Below are positions 1 to 12,956 of a DNA stretch of 64,000 nucleotides, piece after piece (positions within the stretch are counted from its first letter, which is position 1; the number at the start of each line of letters is the position of its first letter). The DNA lies in the NCBI GenBank assembly GCA_964016885.1, contig OZ024742.1, positions 202,864,001-202,928,000 of the forward strand. Direction: 5' to 3'. The position numbers and the translations under genes were made by a program. The notes under the pieces were generated by a model. The model searched no databases and was not told where the DNA came from. It worked only from the letters and a program-made list of their open reading frames with translations. Source of the DNA: Eledone cirrhosa (taxonomy: Eukaryota).

Positions 1-865
1 CCAGCCTTTGCTTGCCTTAAATACAAAGTCCTTCACCTCCATTTCGGTCTTGAGCCTGTCAATAATGGACAATGCTTTCTCACATTTAAAGACAGAGGCA
101 TATTTTGACGATTTTGGTCATCGATCCAAATTTTGACCAACTTTTCCATCCTATCTGTAATCGGCTCACGATGTTTGGTCAACAATTGACTCTGTAGATT
201 CCTAGCCTTCTCCCCAGCCTTTTTGACAGCCTCACTACTTTTTAAAACAGTCCAGACTGTAGACTGGACTAGACCTAAGTTACGACTTATGGCGGACGTA
301 CCTTGCCCCTGTTCCTTCTTTTTCAAAATGTCCAGCTCCAAAGTCAGGCTCTTCCTCATGTGTTTGGCCTTTCCATCTGCATCAGCAATATTTGCAGGAC
401 GTTTTGGGGCCATAAGATATGGGGTTATAAGATATGCCATGATAATTATGCTCCCAAAACATGCCGTCCGGTTTCTCTTACTTTGAATGACGTTATAACT
501 CTTAACTGATCATTTCCGCAAAAATTCTCTCACTGAGAGGACACACTAGTTTGCCGAACTCAAGTGATCAGTTAAGAGGTATGACGTCAGTGACCGATAT
601 CTGAACTCGCTCGTGATTGGCCAGTTTCTCGGTAAGCTCAGTTAGTACGATAGCAGTAGTAACACAATTTTCCTAGATTTCGAATAGGAGTCAGTTTCCA
701 CGAATTCAAGGGAGAATGTATTGCTTACTACAGGTGGCGCTACGGTACAATATAAACAAAACACAACCAAAAACCGTATCTGAATTTTTTTTACCGTAGT
801 AATTACCCAAAACCGTATCTGTGAATTTACCAGATAAAGAACTACCGTATATCGAGGACCCACTG
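1..865 (-). mobile_element. Tigger/pogo-family (Tc1/mariner superfamily) DNA transposon, left end; continues beyond window start
   Basis: ORF 33-440(-) MAPKRPA...RKSLTLE..DILKK.EQG..TSAISRNLGLVQSTVWTVLK...MEKLVKIWIDDQ resembles the psq-type HTH plus CENP-B HTH N-terminus of Tigger transposases. The terminus reads TA|CAGTGGGTCCTCGATATACGGTAG on the minus strand (865 downward), a Tigger-like TIR after a TA. Subterminal repeats AAAACCGTATCTG lie at ~771 and ~810. Confidence 0.85.
33..440 (-). pseudogene. Tigger-like transposase N-terminal DNA-binding region (appears frameshifted)
   Basis: Translated ORF has HTH-psq/CENP-B-like motifs and loses similarity near its end. Confidence 0.75.
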
Positions 866-875
866 TATATACCTT

Positions 876-912
<37 letters not shown>

Positions 913-1088
913 TCTGTGATACAGAATTTAAGTGAGCTGCACTAAAATGCATAATTTGCAAAATGCAAAGTAGATGAGGTAAATTTAGTCCATAGTATTT
1001 GTGGTTGTGTATGTCTTTACAATAAAGGGTAGTGGCTTAGTGGTTAGGGTATTTGCCTCATGATTGATAGATAGATATATATATATTT

Positions 1089-1245
1089 GGCGTTAGGAAG
1101 GGCATCCATTCATAGAAAACAAGCCAGGAATACCCCTATATGAGCGAGACACGGTCATCCGACCCAACTCTCCTTTAAATGGGACCCATCCAACCCATGC
1201 TAGCGTGGAAGATAGACGTTAATCGATGATGATGATCATCATGAT
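1089..1245 (+). mobile_element. Decayed RTE/SINE 3' tail
   Basis: GTTAGGAAGGGCATCC...AACCCATGCTAGCGTGGAAG..GACGTTAA followed by (GAT)n, as in the 3' ends of RTE copies elsewhere in the window. Confidence 0.7.
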
Positions 1246-1369
1246 ATATATTTATTTTCTATATATTCATCAAACAACATTTTTTTTTTATTTTTCATCT
1301 AGAGGATTCTTAACACAATATTAAATTTAGAATTAATTTTAATGCAATAGAACCATAGGCACATATAAC

Positions 1370-1530
1370 CCTATCATCCTAACAGGAGGGGCAAGCTCTC
1401 CTACCCCAATGTCATCTCCAGAGATTCTGGTATTGAAATCTAGGACTTGGCAACAGCAATGAACGACAGGCTCACATGGAGATCAATTATTGAGTCCATT
1501 TTGGCTGGGGCCACCGGATGATGATCATCA
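1370..1530 (+). mobile_element. Old RTE-like LINE 3' fragment
   Basis: Reads RDSGIEI*DLATAMNDRLTWRSII, similar to the C-terminus [23 protein letters not shown] of family D, and ends in (GAT)n. Confidence 0.55.
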
Positions 1531-2215
1531 TTATCATCATCCTAATAATTTTACGTCTGTTTTCCATGCATGCACGAAGTGGTCAGGTCGATGGTCCAAG
1601 ACGAGACAGATCACATAACCATCCCTATTATATATGTGTGTGTGTGTGTGTGTGTATTCCATAATTATAAATAAAGTGAGACGGAGATTGGAACAGAAAG
1701 AGAAACAGTGAGAACTCAAAAGAGCAAGGTATGTATATATATGTGTGTGAGTGTGGATGTGTGTGTATGCATGTATGTGTGTATATGTAGGCAGATAGTT
1801 ATATAAATAGACAGATATGTAGGTAGATAGATAGGTAGAGAGAAAGAGAGAGGCAGGGATACTATGCTTTAAACAAAGTAAAAATATACATGTATTTTCT
1901 TCTTTGATATGTGCCAGGTCATCTATTTTCAGGTATTAATTGGTCAATATCAATAAAATATTGGTCAGTACTATTAATAGTTAAAGGTCTAAAGTGTTTT
2001 GCGGTACATACAAGTAATGAATTATTAAAAATAGATGGAATTTATATTGAGACAAGGAAATTCCATAAGGTTGGGTGTGGAAATATTAGGCAGTGTTAGG
2101 TGTGTGAGTGAAGAGGAGGTAGTCTGTATTGGTAACGTAACTTTCAACATTAGATTATTACATGGTTAAAAATGTATGTATGTGTGTGAACATACCCACA
2201 CACACAATATATATA

Positions 2216-2316
2216 CATATTGTCCAAAAAAAATGTATACACACTTTGATTACCAGTACAGGCAATATTTATCAGAAAGATGTTGAAGTGTGTATACATT
2301 TTTTGTGAACATACTG
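2216..2316. mobile_element. ~100-bp MITE-like element (mariner-type)
   Basis: Imperfect ~30-bp terminal inverted repeats (..AAAAAATGTATACACACTT / AAGTGTGTATACATTTTTT..) flanked by TA on both sides. Confidence 0.6.
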
Positions 2317-2326
2317 TATATATATA

Positions 2327-2745
2327 CATGGTGCTATGAGTAATACAGAAGACCCGCCTTCCCTTACGTATGAAGTTAAACCTAGTCAGTAGGCACCAAT
2401 TAACCAAATATACACCCCAACCCACTACCTCTATTCCATCCTCCCACTTCGACCCACACCTCCCTTTCTCTGTAAGTCCACACTAAAGTAGTCATGTAGG
2501 TGTCATGACAAAAAGTACGCAGTCCATGCTGTAAAGTGGTCATATAGGAGACACGGTAAAAAGGCTCCCAGTCCACACTATAAATGTGGTTAGTGTTAGA
2601 AAGGGCATCCTGCTGTAGAAAACCTGCCAGATACAGTCCTATACGAGTGAGACACGGTCACCTGACCAATCTTGCCTCAAGTGGGACAATTCCCGTTTAA
2701 ACCATGCTAGCATGGAAGATAGCCGTTGATCATGATCATGATGAT
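2327..2745 (+). mobile_element. Diverged RTE LINE 3' end
   Basis: GTAATACAGAAGACCCGCCTT, AAGGGCATCC.GCTGTAGAAAACCTGCCAG and a GAT tail, homologous to the family B 3'UTR. Confidence 0.7.
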
Positions 2746-3000
2746 ATATATATATATTGTGGTAAAAAACCCAGGAGGTTATATCCGTAGTAAGTAGACG
2801 ACTTAGTCCAAAGGACGAGTCCAGTGTAGAGTTAGTTCCACAACAAATTAGCAAACCATACTTGAAGAAACGCATTTCACCGCAGACATACATGGGTTGA
2901 AAATCCGCATGCTGAAGCATGCGTACTCGAATATGAATTACTAATTTATTGTGGAAACTAACTCTCTCTCTCATATATATATATAATCTTTTGTCACATC

Positions 3001-3080
3001 ACCAGTCTGATGAGCAGATTGATACTGGAGTCGGGTCCATAACTCCTATGGGGCACCTCTGCGAAATGCGCGTAATAGGT
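3001..3080 (+). ncRNA. Type I hammerhead ribozyme motif (PLE pLTR-type)
   Basis: accagt-CTGATGA-gcaga...tctgc-GAAA-tgcgc-GTA-ataggt: canonical core, 5-bp stem II with a large loop, short near-palindromic stem III, stem I with one mismatch, followed by AATAAA. Confidence 0.7.
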
Positions 3081-3352
3081 CGATATGCAATAAATATTTT
3101 TGTAAATGAAACTTCCTCGTTTTTTCTATTATATATATATATATATATAGATAATGAGAATGACCAAAGCTGCAGCCCAACTATATCAGATGCTCAACGA
3201 ATTATAAGCGGCAATCATGAAGCACTCAATGATGTGAGAAACTAATACATTTTAACACAGGGTGAATGCAAAAAGTTAATGAAGTGTGACACCAAGAATA
3301 AGGTGACCAAAAGCATGTTGCACAGTAATTATAATTATTTTTATATATATAT

Positions 3353-3637
3353 CATGATCATCATCTTTTTACGTCCGCTTTTCCCTGCTTGCAAGGGTGG
3401 GACGGGAACTGATTCTGGCTTGATTTCTACAGCTGGATGCCCTTCCTAACACCAACCTCATTTAGTGTGAATGCTGGGTGCTTTTTTGCCGTGGCACCTC
3501 CACGACCGCTTTGAGTAAACTGGAGCAATGTGAAATAAAGTGTCTTGCTCAAGGAAACAACACATCATTCGGTCTGAGAATTGAACTCACAACCTTTCGA
3601 TTGCAAGGCCAATGCTTTAACCACTAAGCCATGTGCT

Positions 3638-3639
<2 letters not shown>
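3353..3639 (-). mobile_element. tRNA-derived CORE-type SINE (family 1, internally deleted)
   Basis: A box TGGCTTAGTGG, B box GTTCAATTC, CCTTGAGCAAGACACTTTA core, RTE-derived tail. Confidence 0.85.
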
Positions 3640-3682
<43 letters not shown>

Positions 3683-3696
3683 ATCTATCTATCTCT
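3640..3696. repeat. (TATC)n microsatellite
   Basis: Direct; the same motif resumes at ~9310 after the Tx1 element. Confidence 0.9.
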
Positions 3697-3988
3697 GTTT
3701 TACTGGAGACATGTGCCAGTTCGCTGGTAAGTTTTTGTTGATTTTCTAAGTAAGAAATCAAAAATTTATTACTATTTTATAGCTTGACCCCACATCTGGA
3801 CTTTCAGACGGTGGGTCAAGTCATCTTCGCCGGTGAAAAAAAAGTGTAAACAAACCTTGCATTCAGTCATGAACGCTGCGTTCATAACTAGAAGTGGTGG
3901 AGAGGCGGTAAGAGTGTTAAGCTCGCAGTCACCTCCTCTCACCACCTCATTGAAAGACATCGAAAATGTCGTCAGTTTTCAAAACACG

Positions 3989-5648
3989 ATGTCGGACGTT
4001 GATTGTAACATCAACACTAACACAAACATGCAAAATATAAGCAACACCAACCAGAACAACAACAACAACAAAAATGACAACAAGGACAACAACAGCAACA
4101 ATGATAACAACAACAACAGCAACAATGATAACAACAACACCACCAACAACAACAACAGCAGCAACACGAACAACTCCACGAACAAGGAAAAGATTTCGTT
4201 TGCGCAAACCGTCCAAAAGACAGTTATGCAGAGAAACCGTTCTAAAAACAGTAATTTTTAGGACGGTTTCAAATGTGTCGAAAAACCCAGTTCAATTCTC
4301 CCAAAACGATATTGAACTGGTTCTGAAGAATTCCATGAAGGATATTGCCTTCATCCAAAAAGGGAAACTTTTTGGAAGCATTTCGGTGTTGTTGAAAGAC
4401 CAATTGACAGCACAAAAATATTCTGTATCGCCGATTGTATCCCCGCTTTACACCTTTTTCCCCACATATTTGGGAAAAAGAACTCAAAAAATAAAAATTT
4501 TGAACATTGCACCAAATGTAAACGTCTGATGGATTCTAACTGGCTTCATCGATTTCGACGAAGACACCATCATTTCGGTGGGAAAGTCCTCCAGAGGCAC
4601 ATGGAAGTTCTGGTCCGAATGAGGCCAAAACGGATAGCTAAAATACCCCAACCTGTGCCTCTGGATAGAATTTCACACATAAACATTTCTGTTGAGGGTA
4701 GGCGGCCTTCATGTTACCACTGTTTAAGCAGTGGTCACCTGAAGGCTTACTGTCCTCAGTTAACTACAAAAAAAAAGAGGCACTACTGCCAACACCCAAA
4801 ACAACAACACAACCACCACCAGCACCACTACCACCACCACAAAAACAACATGCAAACACAACCAAAACAATAACAAACCAACCTGCAAGCACAGTCCCAC
4901 CCAGCCCCACCCCACCTAAAACCACAGTAAAAACACCCAGAAACACAACAGCTCCCCAAAACATACCCCTTCCAAATAACACAGACACCACAACGAATGA
5001 GGCCCCCACATCATCACCAAGTGACAATGAGGGAGAGCCTCTCCGTTCGAAAAGAAAGAAGAAAAAACACCACAAGAACAAAAAAACAACAAACATCACT
5101 ACAAACATACAACCACCAACACAAACAACACAAACATTACAAACAAAAACCCCCCGTCCCGAAAACAAAACCACGACATCACTCCACCTACAACAAAACG
5201 AAAGCTCCCACAAGAACAGCAGACAAAAACCACTGCAACACAACAAGAACATTACACATACATAAACAGTAAAAACAAAACTTTATTGGAGGTCATATCC
5301 AACGACCCTTTGGTGAAAACTGAAGGGAAAACTTTTTCGAACTGTGTAGACAAACCTAATTTAAAGTTGATTAGGGTCCCTACGGACACCTATAAGTCTT
5401 TAAAGGAAAACTTTCCTAAGGACGTGGGTAATCCTCGTGTTAAACCCATTAACCGCATCCTTTTAAAAAGTTTCCCCACCTTCACCCCAGACACACCCAC
5501 CCCAGACACCCCCACCCCACCAAACATCTCCATCCCCACCCCGCCGGAATCATCACCCACCCAGACAACCCCTCTAACACCCCCATGGAAACCGTGCGGC
5601 CTAATCCCCGGGAGACGAAGAGGTGAGTGTTTTCTTCTCCTCTTTTAA
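3989..5648 (+). pseudogene. Tx1 ORF1 (gag-like zinc-knuckle protein), frameshifted
   Basis: Split over ORFs 3833-4261, 4074-4529, 4529-4873, 4711-5265 and 5286-5648; poly-Asn N-terminus, CX2CX4HX4C, Pro/Thr-rich linker. Start codon uncertain. Confidence 0.75.
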
Positions 5649-5663
5649 CTTTTCAGAACCATC

Positions 5664-8600
5664 ATGACCAATATAAGAGTTGGATGTGTGAATGCACATG
5701 GCCTGGGATGCCCTGGAAACAGGGAAAACTCTTAAACGACCTCAGGTCGCACAGTATGGATGTAGTAGCCATTTGCGAGTCCAGGATCCACAGCAAGCGA
5801 CAGCTGGCCCCCCATCTTCGATGACTGAGATCTACGCATCTCTCTGTCAGCCGGAGGGTGGGGGCGGGGTTGCCGCTTTGCTGCGGAAAAACCTGGGCTT
5901 CGTAACACAGACGGTACATATGGACCCAGAGGGTCGACTGGTTGTCCTAGACGTTGACGGTAGTGAAGCTGGAGCCTTCAGGCTGGTGGCCGCATATGCC
6001 CCATCCGGGACACCGCGGCCAGACTTCTTCAAACGTCTAGAGACTTTTCTAGGAACGTCCCGCTCCTTGCTTTTAGTGGGGGACTGGAATGGATTCCTAG
6101 ATGCACGTTGGGACTATGTGGGAGCATTTCCCAATAAAGGGGGTGTAACGGCCGATTTGACCTGGCCGATAGATATCGACTAGATTTTCCGACTGTGCCA
6201 CTGTGGACGTGGGCAAATGGCAGCGGAACATCTAGATCGTACCTAGATAGGGTTCTAGTTAGAAATAAGGATAGGGACATGTTAAGCTGTCCACAAATGT
6301 TCATGGTTGCCTATTCAGATCACAAACTAGTGACCTGCATGGTCAACTTTGATAGAACCCATAGACAAGGACCCGGCTACTGGAAGCTGAACTTGTCGTT
6401 ACCGACATGCAAAGCCTACAGTAGACAGATTAGCACTTTAGTTAAACACCACTTGACAGGGGCCATTGTCAACAACAGATGGTGGTACTCTCTCAAGAGG
6501 GCAGTTAGATTAGACTTGTTAGTTTTTAGTAAAAAATTAGCGTTAGATAGAAATAGAACCGAGAAGGAACTGGTAGATAAAGTAGAAGCGGCAATTAGAA
6601 GTGACAATGTAGCCAGCGTGCTAGCAACGAGAACGGCCTTGGACCAGTTCTTCGACGCAAAGCACGAGGGCTGCGTCATTGTCAGAAGTAAAATGGGAAA
6701 TGAGGGAGCCAAAGCTGTTAGCTGGACCCGAGTGACGGAGGAGAAAAGTGGCAACAAGTCCACAATTCGGTCTTTGAAGGACCAAAACGGACGCGTGATA
6801 CGTGAGCCGAAGCAGATGTGTGTGGCCTTTCAGCGGCACTTTGCTCAACTGTTCGGACAGGGCGGCGCGCCAGGAGGGGCTATGGATCTTGGTCCATACC
6901 TCGACGGCCTACCGCAACTCTCGGACAGCGAGGCAAAGTTCTGCGAAAAGCCAATTTCGGCCGCTGAGATAGGGGACGCGCTGAGCCAATGCGGCAAATG
7001 CAAATCTCCAAGTCTCGACGGTCTACCCTACGAATTTTACGTAGCAATGCCGGACTTATTCTCCGGTCTCCTGGAAGCGGTCTACCGCAACTGGTAGCAG
7101 AACGGCAGAATTCCCAGTTCTGTGACCGGGGGCGTAATCACACTAGTCAGGAAGGACGAGAATAAGGGGGATGACATAGGCAACTTCCGGCCCATAACTC
7201 TGCTAAACATAGTTACAGATTTTGGCCAAGGTGTTGGCAAAGAGGCTGGCGCTTGTCGTGGAAAACTTGGTGGGAGAAGCGCAGACATGCGCAATCCCGA
7301 CCAGGTCCATAAATGACAACCACCACCTCATGCGATACATCATAGAGAGGGTAGGGTGTAAACCTGGCTTCGGTGGGGCCCTGATCAACTTGGATCAGTC
7401 TAAGGCTTTCGATAGGGTTGACCATCGTTACCTGGATGCAGTACTCGAGGTGGCAAGCTTCGGACCCGTGTTCAGGGGCTGGATTGCTGCAATGTACAAC
7501 AGCAACATCTGCTCAAGGGTCAAGGTGAACAGCTACCTCTCGGAGCCATTCCATATCACGCGATCCATTAGACAGGGATACCCTCTCTCCTCCCTTCTGT
7601 ACGTACTGACTCTCAAGCCACTACTGCAGAAGTTGGAGCTATTGCAGGGCATCGGTCTGGAACCGGTACTGCGAAAAACGGCGTCGGCCTGCGGCGACGA
7701 CGTGGCAGTAATGGTGTCGAGCGCCTCGCAAATCGAGGAAGTTGGCACCTTACTGAAGGAATACGAAAGTTTCACAGGAGCAAAGCTGAACCGGGACAAG
7801 TCCATTGGTTTGCAACTCAGATCCTGGAGAGGCAAACCGATGCCTTCCGATGGTGTTGTCGGACGCTGGACGGAAGGACCGGTAAAGCTGCTCGGGGTCT
7901 TGTTTGGTCCGGACCTCCAGGTGGAGAAGAACTGGAATGAGGTGACGCCCAAGGTGTTTGCACTCACCCAGAAGTGGGCCGAGTGCAAACTATCCTTGAA
8001 AGGTCGAGCGGAGGTGGCGAACACTTTTATAGCGTCCGCCATCTACTACCGCTTGACCGTCGTGCCTTGTTCAGCCAAAATTGAGCGCTCACCAATATTG
8101 AGCGCGCGCTCTTCCAATTCCTTTGGAAGAGGCGGGCTCCTTTGGTGAGAAGATCTATCTGCTGCCAACACCCTTCCAACGGAGGGCTGGGGATGCCGTG
8201 GCTGACGATGCGCAAACACGCGCTCAGGCTGCGGCATCTCTATGTATTCCTCACCGGACAACTGGTGTGGGCACCGTTCATGAGGCGAGCCTTCCCACGA
8301 CTCATCTCACTGACTGAGCTGCAGTCCTGGGTCAAGAAAAGACCGAGGAAAATGGGCGACTGGCACATCGAATGTGCTCAGGCGCCCACAGCCCTCTGGC
8401 AGGCGGACCCAGCGATCAGTGGAGACTCCACTTCGTCATTCTATAGAGGGTTGATCCGCAGCAAGTGCGACGATGTGCTCGGTGAAACTCTGGGCATAGA
8501 GGAAGACGAACTGGCCAGTCTGTTTGGTAGGACCTTCCGCCCGATTCCGATAGAAAACTTCCAAAAGTCCTTGGCCTGGCAGTGCTACTGAGGAGCTCTA

Positions 8601-9073
8601 CCAGTTCGTGACAAGCTCTACAGACATGGGCGCCCGGGCAGGGACCCTGCAAAAAAGATCTGTCCGAGGTGCGTGCGAGACGAAGACACCGTCGCGCACG
8701 CATTCATACACTACCCGGGTGTACCGACCTGTGGAGCTATGTAGAACGATTATTGTCGACGGTGGGACCGATCCAGTTGACCACCGAGTCCATTGTCATG
8801 ATCAAACCGCCACCCTCCAAAAACGAAGGAGAATCGGTTTTCCTTTGTGTGATAGCTATGGCGAAAGAGGTTGTATGGTAGACAAGGTTGAAAGGGCTGA
8901 GGTCAGACACCTTTCTCTCCGGCCAACAACTGATCCTTTTTTTCAAATACCACTTTGGAAGATGAATCAGGATGGAGAGAGAGATGCTGTACCCCAGCAA
9001 GTTTTATGAAAGGTGGGTGAAAGTGGCGAGAATGGCCCGAGTGAATGGGCCTTTTCTCTATATCACCCTGTAG
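5664..9073 (+). pseudogene. Tx1 ORF2 (APE endonuclease + reverse transcriptase), multiple frameshifts and stops
   Basis: ATG at 5664 (MTNIRVGCVNAHGL); fragments 5692-6183, 6195-7097, 7222-8148, 8142-8591, 8669-8881; catalytic YADD degraded to CGDD. Confidence 0.88.
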
Positions 9074-9378
9074 GTTGAGGAAAAAGAGGAGAGGAAAGGA
9101 GTACAAACTCTTCGTACTCCTGGAGATGAGGGTTGCACATTTTTTTTCGGTGGTATGTGTTACCCATATGAAATGTCTCCCCCTATTGGGGAAAATCGAC
9201 TAATTTTTAAATTGCATTTGTGATAATATTTTACACGTTTTTATTGTATGTAAACTTTCCCCTTTGTATTTGTCCCCTTCTTTTGTGCACTTGTCGCTAA
9301 TAAAGAAACATCTATCTATCTATATATATATATATATATATCAAAACGAAAATCCGAAGGCAAGGTAAAATCATTTAA

Positions 9379-9452
9379 TCACGACACATGTTTCAATAAG
9401 AGATAGATCGATTGTGAAACCATGATCGATTATCACTGATCTCATCAGGTGA
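9379..9452 (-). ncRNA. Type I hammerhead ribozyme in the 3' pLTR
   Basis: Minus strand tcac-CTGATGA-(long stem II)-GAAA-catgt-GTC-gtga. Confidence 0.8.
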
Positions 9453-10802
9453 AAATGAATTGTCTTCAAAATCTTGATATGAGGGAGAAAAAATAACGAT
9501 GTTCTCTCACAGAATTCATTCCCTCATATGGAGACACACCAGTCAGTCAGAGACACGGCGACTGCTATTAGCTTTAGTTGAGGCCATAAAAGCTTTCAGA
9601 TTTCTATCGCTGCAAAAGACGCTGGACATCAATCAAATCTGTAGGGACACATTTAGTCACAGTTAAAAGTGAGTGGGTACACACACACTCCACACCCACA
9701 TACATCGGCTCGAGGTCAATGAAAAATATATACATATATATACACACATCAACACAGTATTAAACCCGTAGAATTAGCGCGGGTGGGTACACACACACAC
9801 TTTCACACACACCGAAGCGATGTCCGAGAAAAAAACAAATATAATAAAACAAATATAAGGATGTACCAACACAGCACTCACCGAAAGTTAGTTCACAAAG
9901 CAACAGAAGCTATGTCGGTCAAATCTCAATTTGACGATGTAAATTGGAAATATTGGGTTAACCAACACCCCCACACATACATACACACACACGCGCGCGC
10001 GCGCAAATAAGTTCAGTTCAGTGTTCTGCTATATGTGTATAGATTGAATTGTAACATCCATATCTTCAAGTGGTATATACACATCCGAATCGTCCAAAGA
10101 AGAGTATGTCCGGGTATATACACATCCATGTGAAGAGCAAGCAATCAGCTCATGTCGAACTCCTTGTATACCACTGTCCCATTGAGAATCCGTGTCACCA
10201 AATCCGTGCGTGCAAGCAACTGCAATGTGGGCCGGCAAAGGGCTCCGTGCCGCGTTGGGCATTGGGTAAATGCGTCAGTAAGTGCGATTTCCCGTCACAT
10301 AGGCCAATGAGCTTTTAAGATAGTTGTTTGAGTGGTGGAGGTGTGTTATCCAACACAGAAGGTGAAGTAAGAAAACACAGGACAGTAAAATCCAAAGGAT
10401 GTGTGTAGGCCCATTAATGGTGTGTCAGTATTATTGTTCAATCCGTAACAGTGAGTCCTCCATGGTTAGATGATCACGCATCAAAACCTGGTGTAGTGTT
10501 CAGTCGGTAGGAATGTGACAGTCGTAAATGTGGGAGCTCAATGTCTAGAGGAAACGGGTACTGTGTGTAGAGCTATGTATAGAGATCGTAATCGGTCCTA
10601 ACTAAGTGTGTAATGATTCTAACTATTTACTAGCTAGGTATTCTAAAAGAGAGCACTCAGCTGTGAGAACTCCGTGGAAACAGGCCGAGTATCGTTTGCA
10701 AGTGCGCAAACAATCTTAGCCGTCTAGCTACCTAAGTGTGTGAATGTCCGTTTATTGAGAGAACTCTATGGCTAAAGTAGAGAGGGAGGAGTTATTGGTA
10801 GG

Positions 10803-11435
10803 TTACCTTCCAAAAATCCTGCGGAAGGTTTTCGAGGTTCTATGTTGACAGTTGCTGAAAAAATCTGCTCTCCTATTAATTAATAGGGGGCCGCCTCTAA
10901 TAATATTAAAAGTTTCAGCTATACATAAATTGCAGACGCCAGTGCTGCCGTTATAAGGTTGGGCTGAGCAAACTATGGACCAGGATAAGGAGTGCTCTAT
11001 ATTCTGATGTTTAAGCTTCCAGACTAATTCCGAAAGTGCCATCCTATTTTTTTTATCTAATCTATTAAAGGTATGGCGGTGATTATACCATCTATCCTTA
11101 AATTCCGTGGCAGTTGCCCCAACATACCTAAAGGTTCTATCAGGAGTGGAGACCTTACAGTCGTAGACTATGTTTTTGGTAAGGCATTTCCCAGCCATCA
11201 GGCAGGTGGCGGTGCTTCTGCAGTTACATTTTTTGCTATCGATCTGGGTAGTTCCGGATGGATCACGGTACCTTTGGGGTCGGTTCTCAGTTCCAGTCTG
11301 CTCTATGGGTAAATTCCCTGGGGTTGAGGAGACCCGACTCGTCTCACGTGTATGAGTCAGTTCCTCAATAGAGCTGCCATTGTTCCTGCCATGCCTAATT
11401 CCCTCATTGGCTGTCCTAAGTCTACTATAATTCAT
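10803..11435 (-). pseudogene. PLE GIY-YIG endonuclease domain
   Basis: IVY...YVG motif, conserved R and H, Cys clusters. Confidence 0.85.
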
Positions 11436-11807
11436 CTTAGCTATATTCTGAGCTATGTTACTAGTTGTGGAGTAGGACAGCTTGATGGTATTTCTATTGA
11501 ATATTTTATATATGTGCGATCTAGGGAAGCATTTGTCTAAGGCCCTAAAGAAAAGCTTAGCTATACTAGTGGTCAGGCTAGTGGAGTGAGGGGGATTATA
11601 CCACAGGACTTTTCTCTATATTAGAATTACCTGTCTCCCTAGTAGTTACTGGTCGATGGTGTCCTCGGGTGTCACGATTGTGTTCGGAATCGTCCCAAGT
11701 CTCCAGGGCGGTGTACCCTCCATGCGGCTATTGGGGTTACCCTCGATAGCCGGGGTTGTATCCACTATGCATCTGCTACACCTGTCCCTATTCCCCTTAC
11801 TTGACCC

Positions 11808-12803
11808 TCATTCCATACTGCGTTCAACGGTAGTTTTATCGGTTCCGCAATTAAGGTTCCCATTAGAGTTTCCACTGGCGTTACGTTGCTCAGACCCAGT
11901 GTTAGTACCTGGGTGGCTGTTTCTATTAGTACCAACAGCATTGGGACTAGGCGGCAATACAACATGAAGTCTATATAAATCCTCCCTTGTATCACGCCTG
12001 CCTAGAGTGTCACTATTTAGGCCTAAGCTATCGCAAGCAATGTTACTTCTACTATTTAATGGACGTTTGAATGAGATTCCCTCGCTATGCCCTGCGCGTT
12101 CCAGGGCACTATTATAGTAATTCGAGATCTTATTAAAGGTATCTTCATTGGAAGATAGTCCTGAAATTCTACTAGAGACACTTTTGGTAATACCGTTAGT
12201 GACTATTCTTGGGTGGTTCGATTTTGCGTTGACATAGTTTAGATTCTCGTTGGGTTTGTGGTAAGGTTGGAAGAGTCCTGAATTAAGGTTAAGTGTAACA
12301 TCTAGAAAATTAACTATTTTTAAATTCTCTTCAAATACTATACTTAGGTCTATGCTCTTGAAGAATTTGCTAAGTTTTTTCCTCACCCTCTCTACCATAC
12401 TATTATTATGGAACGACACAGTAAACAAGAAGTCATCACAGTAAGCGCCGCCTCCCAGGTGGGGCATTTCCGCTCCGAGACAGTCAAGGAGGTAAAGGCC
12501 CACCAGATCCGTCACCTGGGCCGAGTCTTTGGATCCCATGGTGATGTCGAAATTGTCTGGCCAATCCTTCCTAGTCCACAGGTCACCGTTGAATTCAATT
12601 AAAGTTTTCCTAGCTAGGAGAATAATGCTAATTTCCTCGGATGTAAGGTCGCTGTGTAAGCTAGCAAAGTTAAGGGCCCTACCTAGAAGAGTTGGAGAGA
12701 TTGAAGAGTAGTAATTAGAGATATCGAACTGTATAAACTTAGTGCTATTCTTATTCTGCGATTTCTCAAACCAGTTAATTACCTCACTAGTTCCTGACCA
12801 CAA
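11808..12803 (-). pseudogene. PLE reverse transcriptase (partial)
   Basis: PLE-type RT motifs as listed for the element. Confidence 0.88.
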
Positions 12804-12882
12804 CTTGAGCTTCGATCTCCTAACTAGAGTGGGGATTATTATTTTTTCACCTTCATATCAAGAATTTGAAGATAATTCATTT

Positions 12883-12956
12883 TCACCTGATGAGATCAGT
12901 GATAATCGATCATGGCTTCACAATCGATCTATCTCTTATTGAAACATGTGTCGTGA
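12883..12956 (+). ncRNA. Type I hammerhead ribozyme in the inverted pLTR
   Basis: tcac-CTGATGA-gatcagtgataatcgat...atcgatctatctcttatt-GAAA-catgt-GTC-gtga. Confidence 0.8.

Larger units (their letters stand above)
3697..9309 (+). mobile_element. Full-length, decayed Tx1/L1-clade non-LTR retrotransposon
   Basis: ORF1 pieces contain a CCHC knuckle CYHCLSSGHLKAYC. ORF2 pieces contain an APE endonuclease (VNAHGL, ICESRI, AYAP, VGDWN, YLDRV, SDH), GPGYWKLN, an RT (NFRPITLLN, LDQSKAFDRVDH, QGYPLS, GDDV) and a C-terminal CPRC..H motif. AATAAA at ~9299. Confidence 0.92.

Noticed and set aside
3947-4216. Hydrophobic poly-Leu/Val ORFs that look like membrane proteins
   Set aside because: Antisense reading of the (AAC)n tract in Tx1 ORF1
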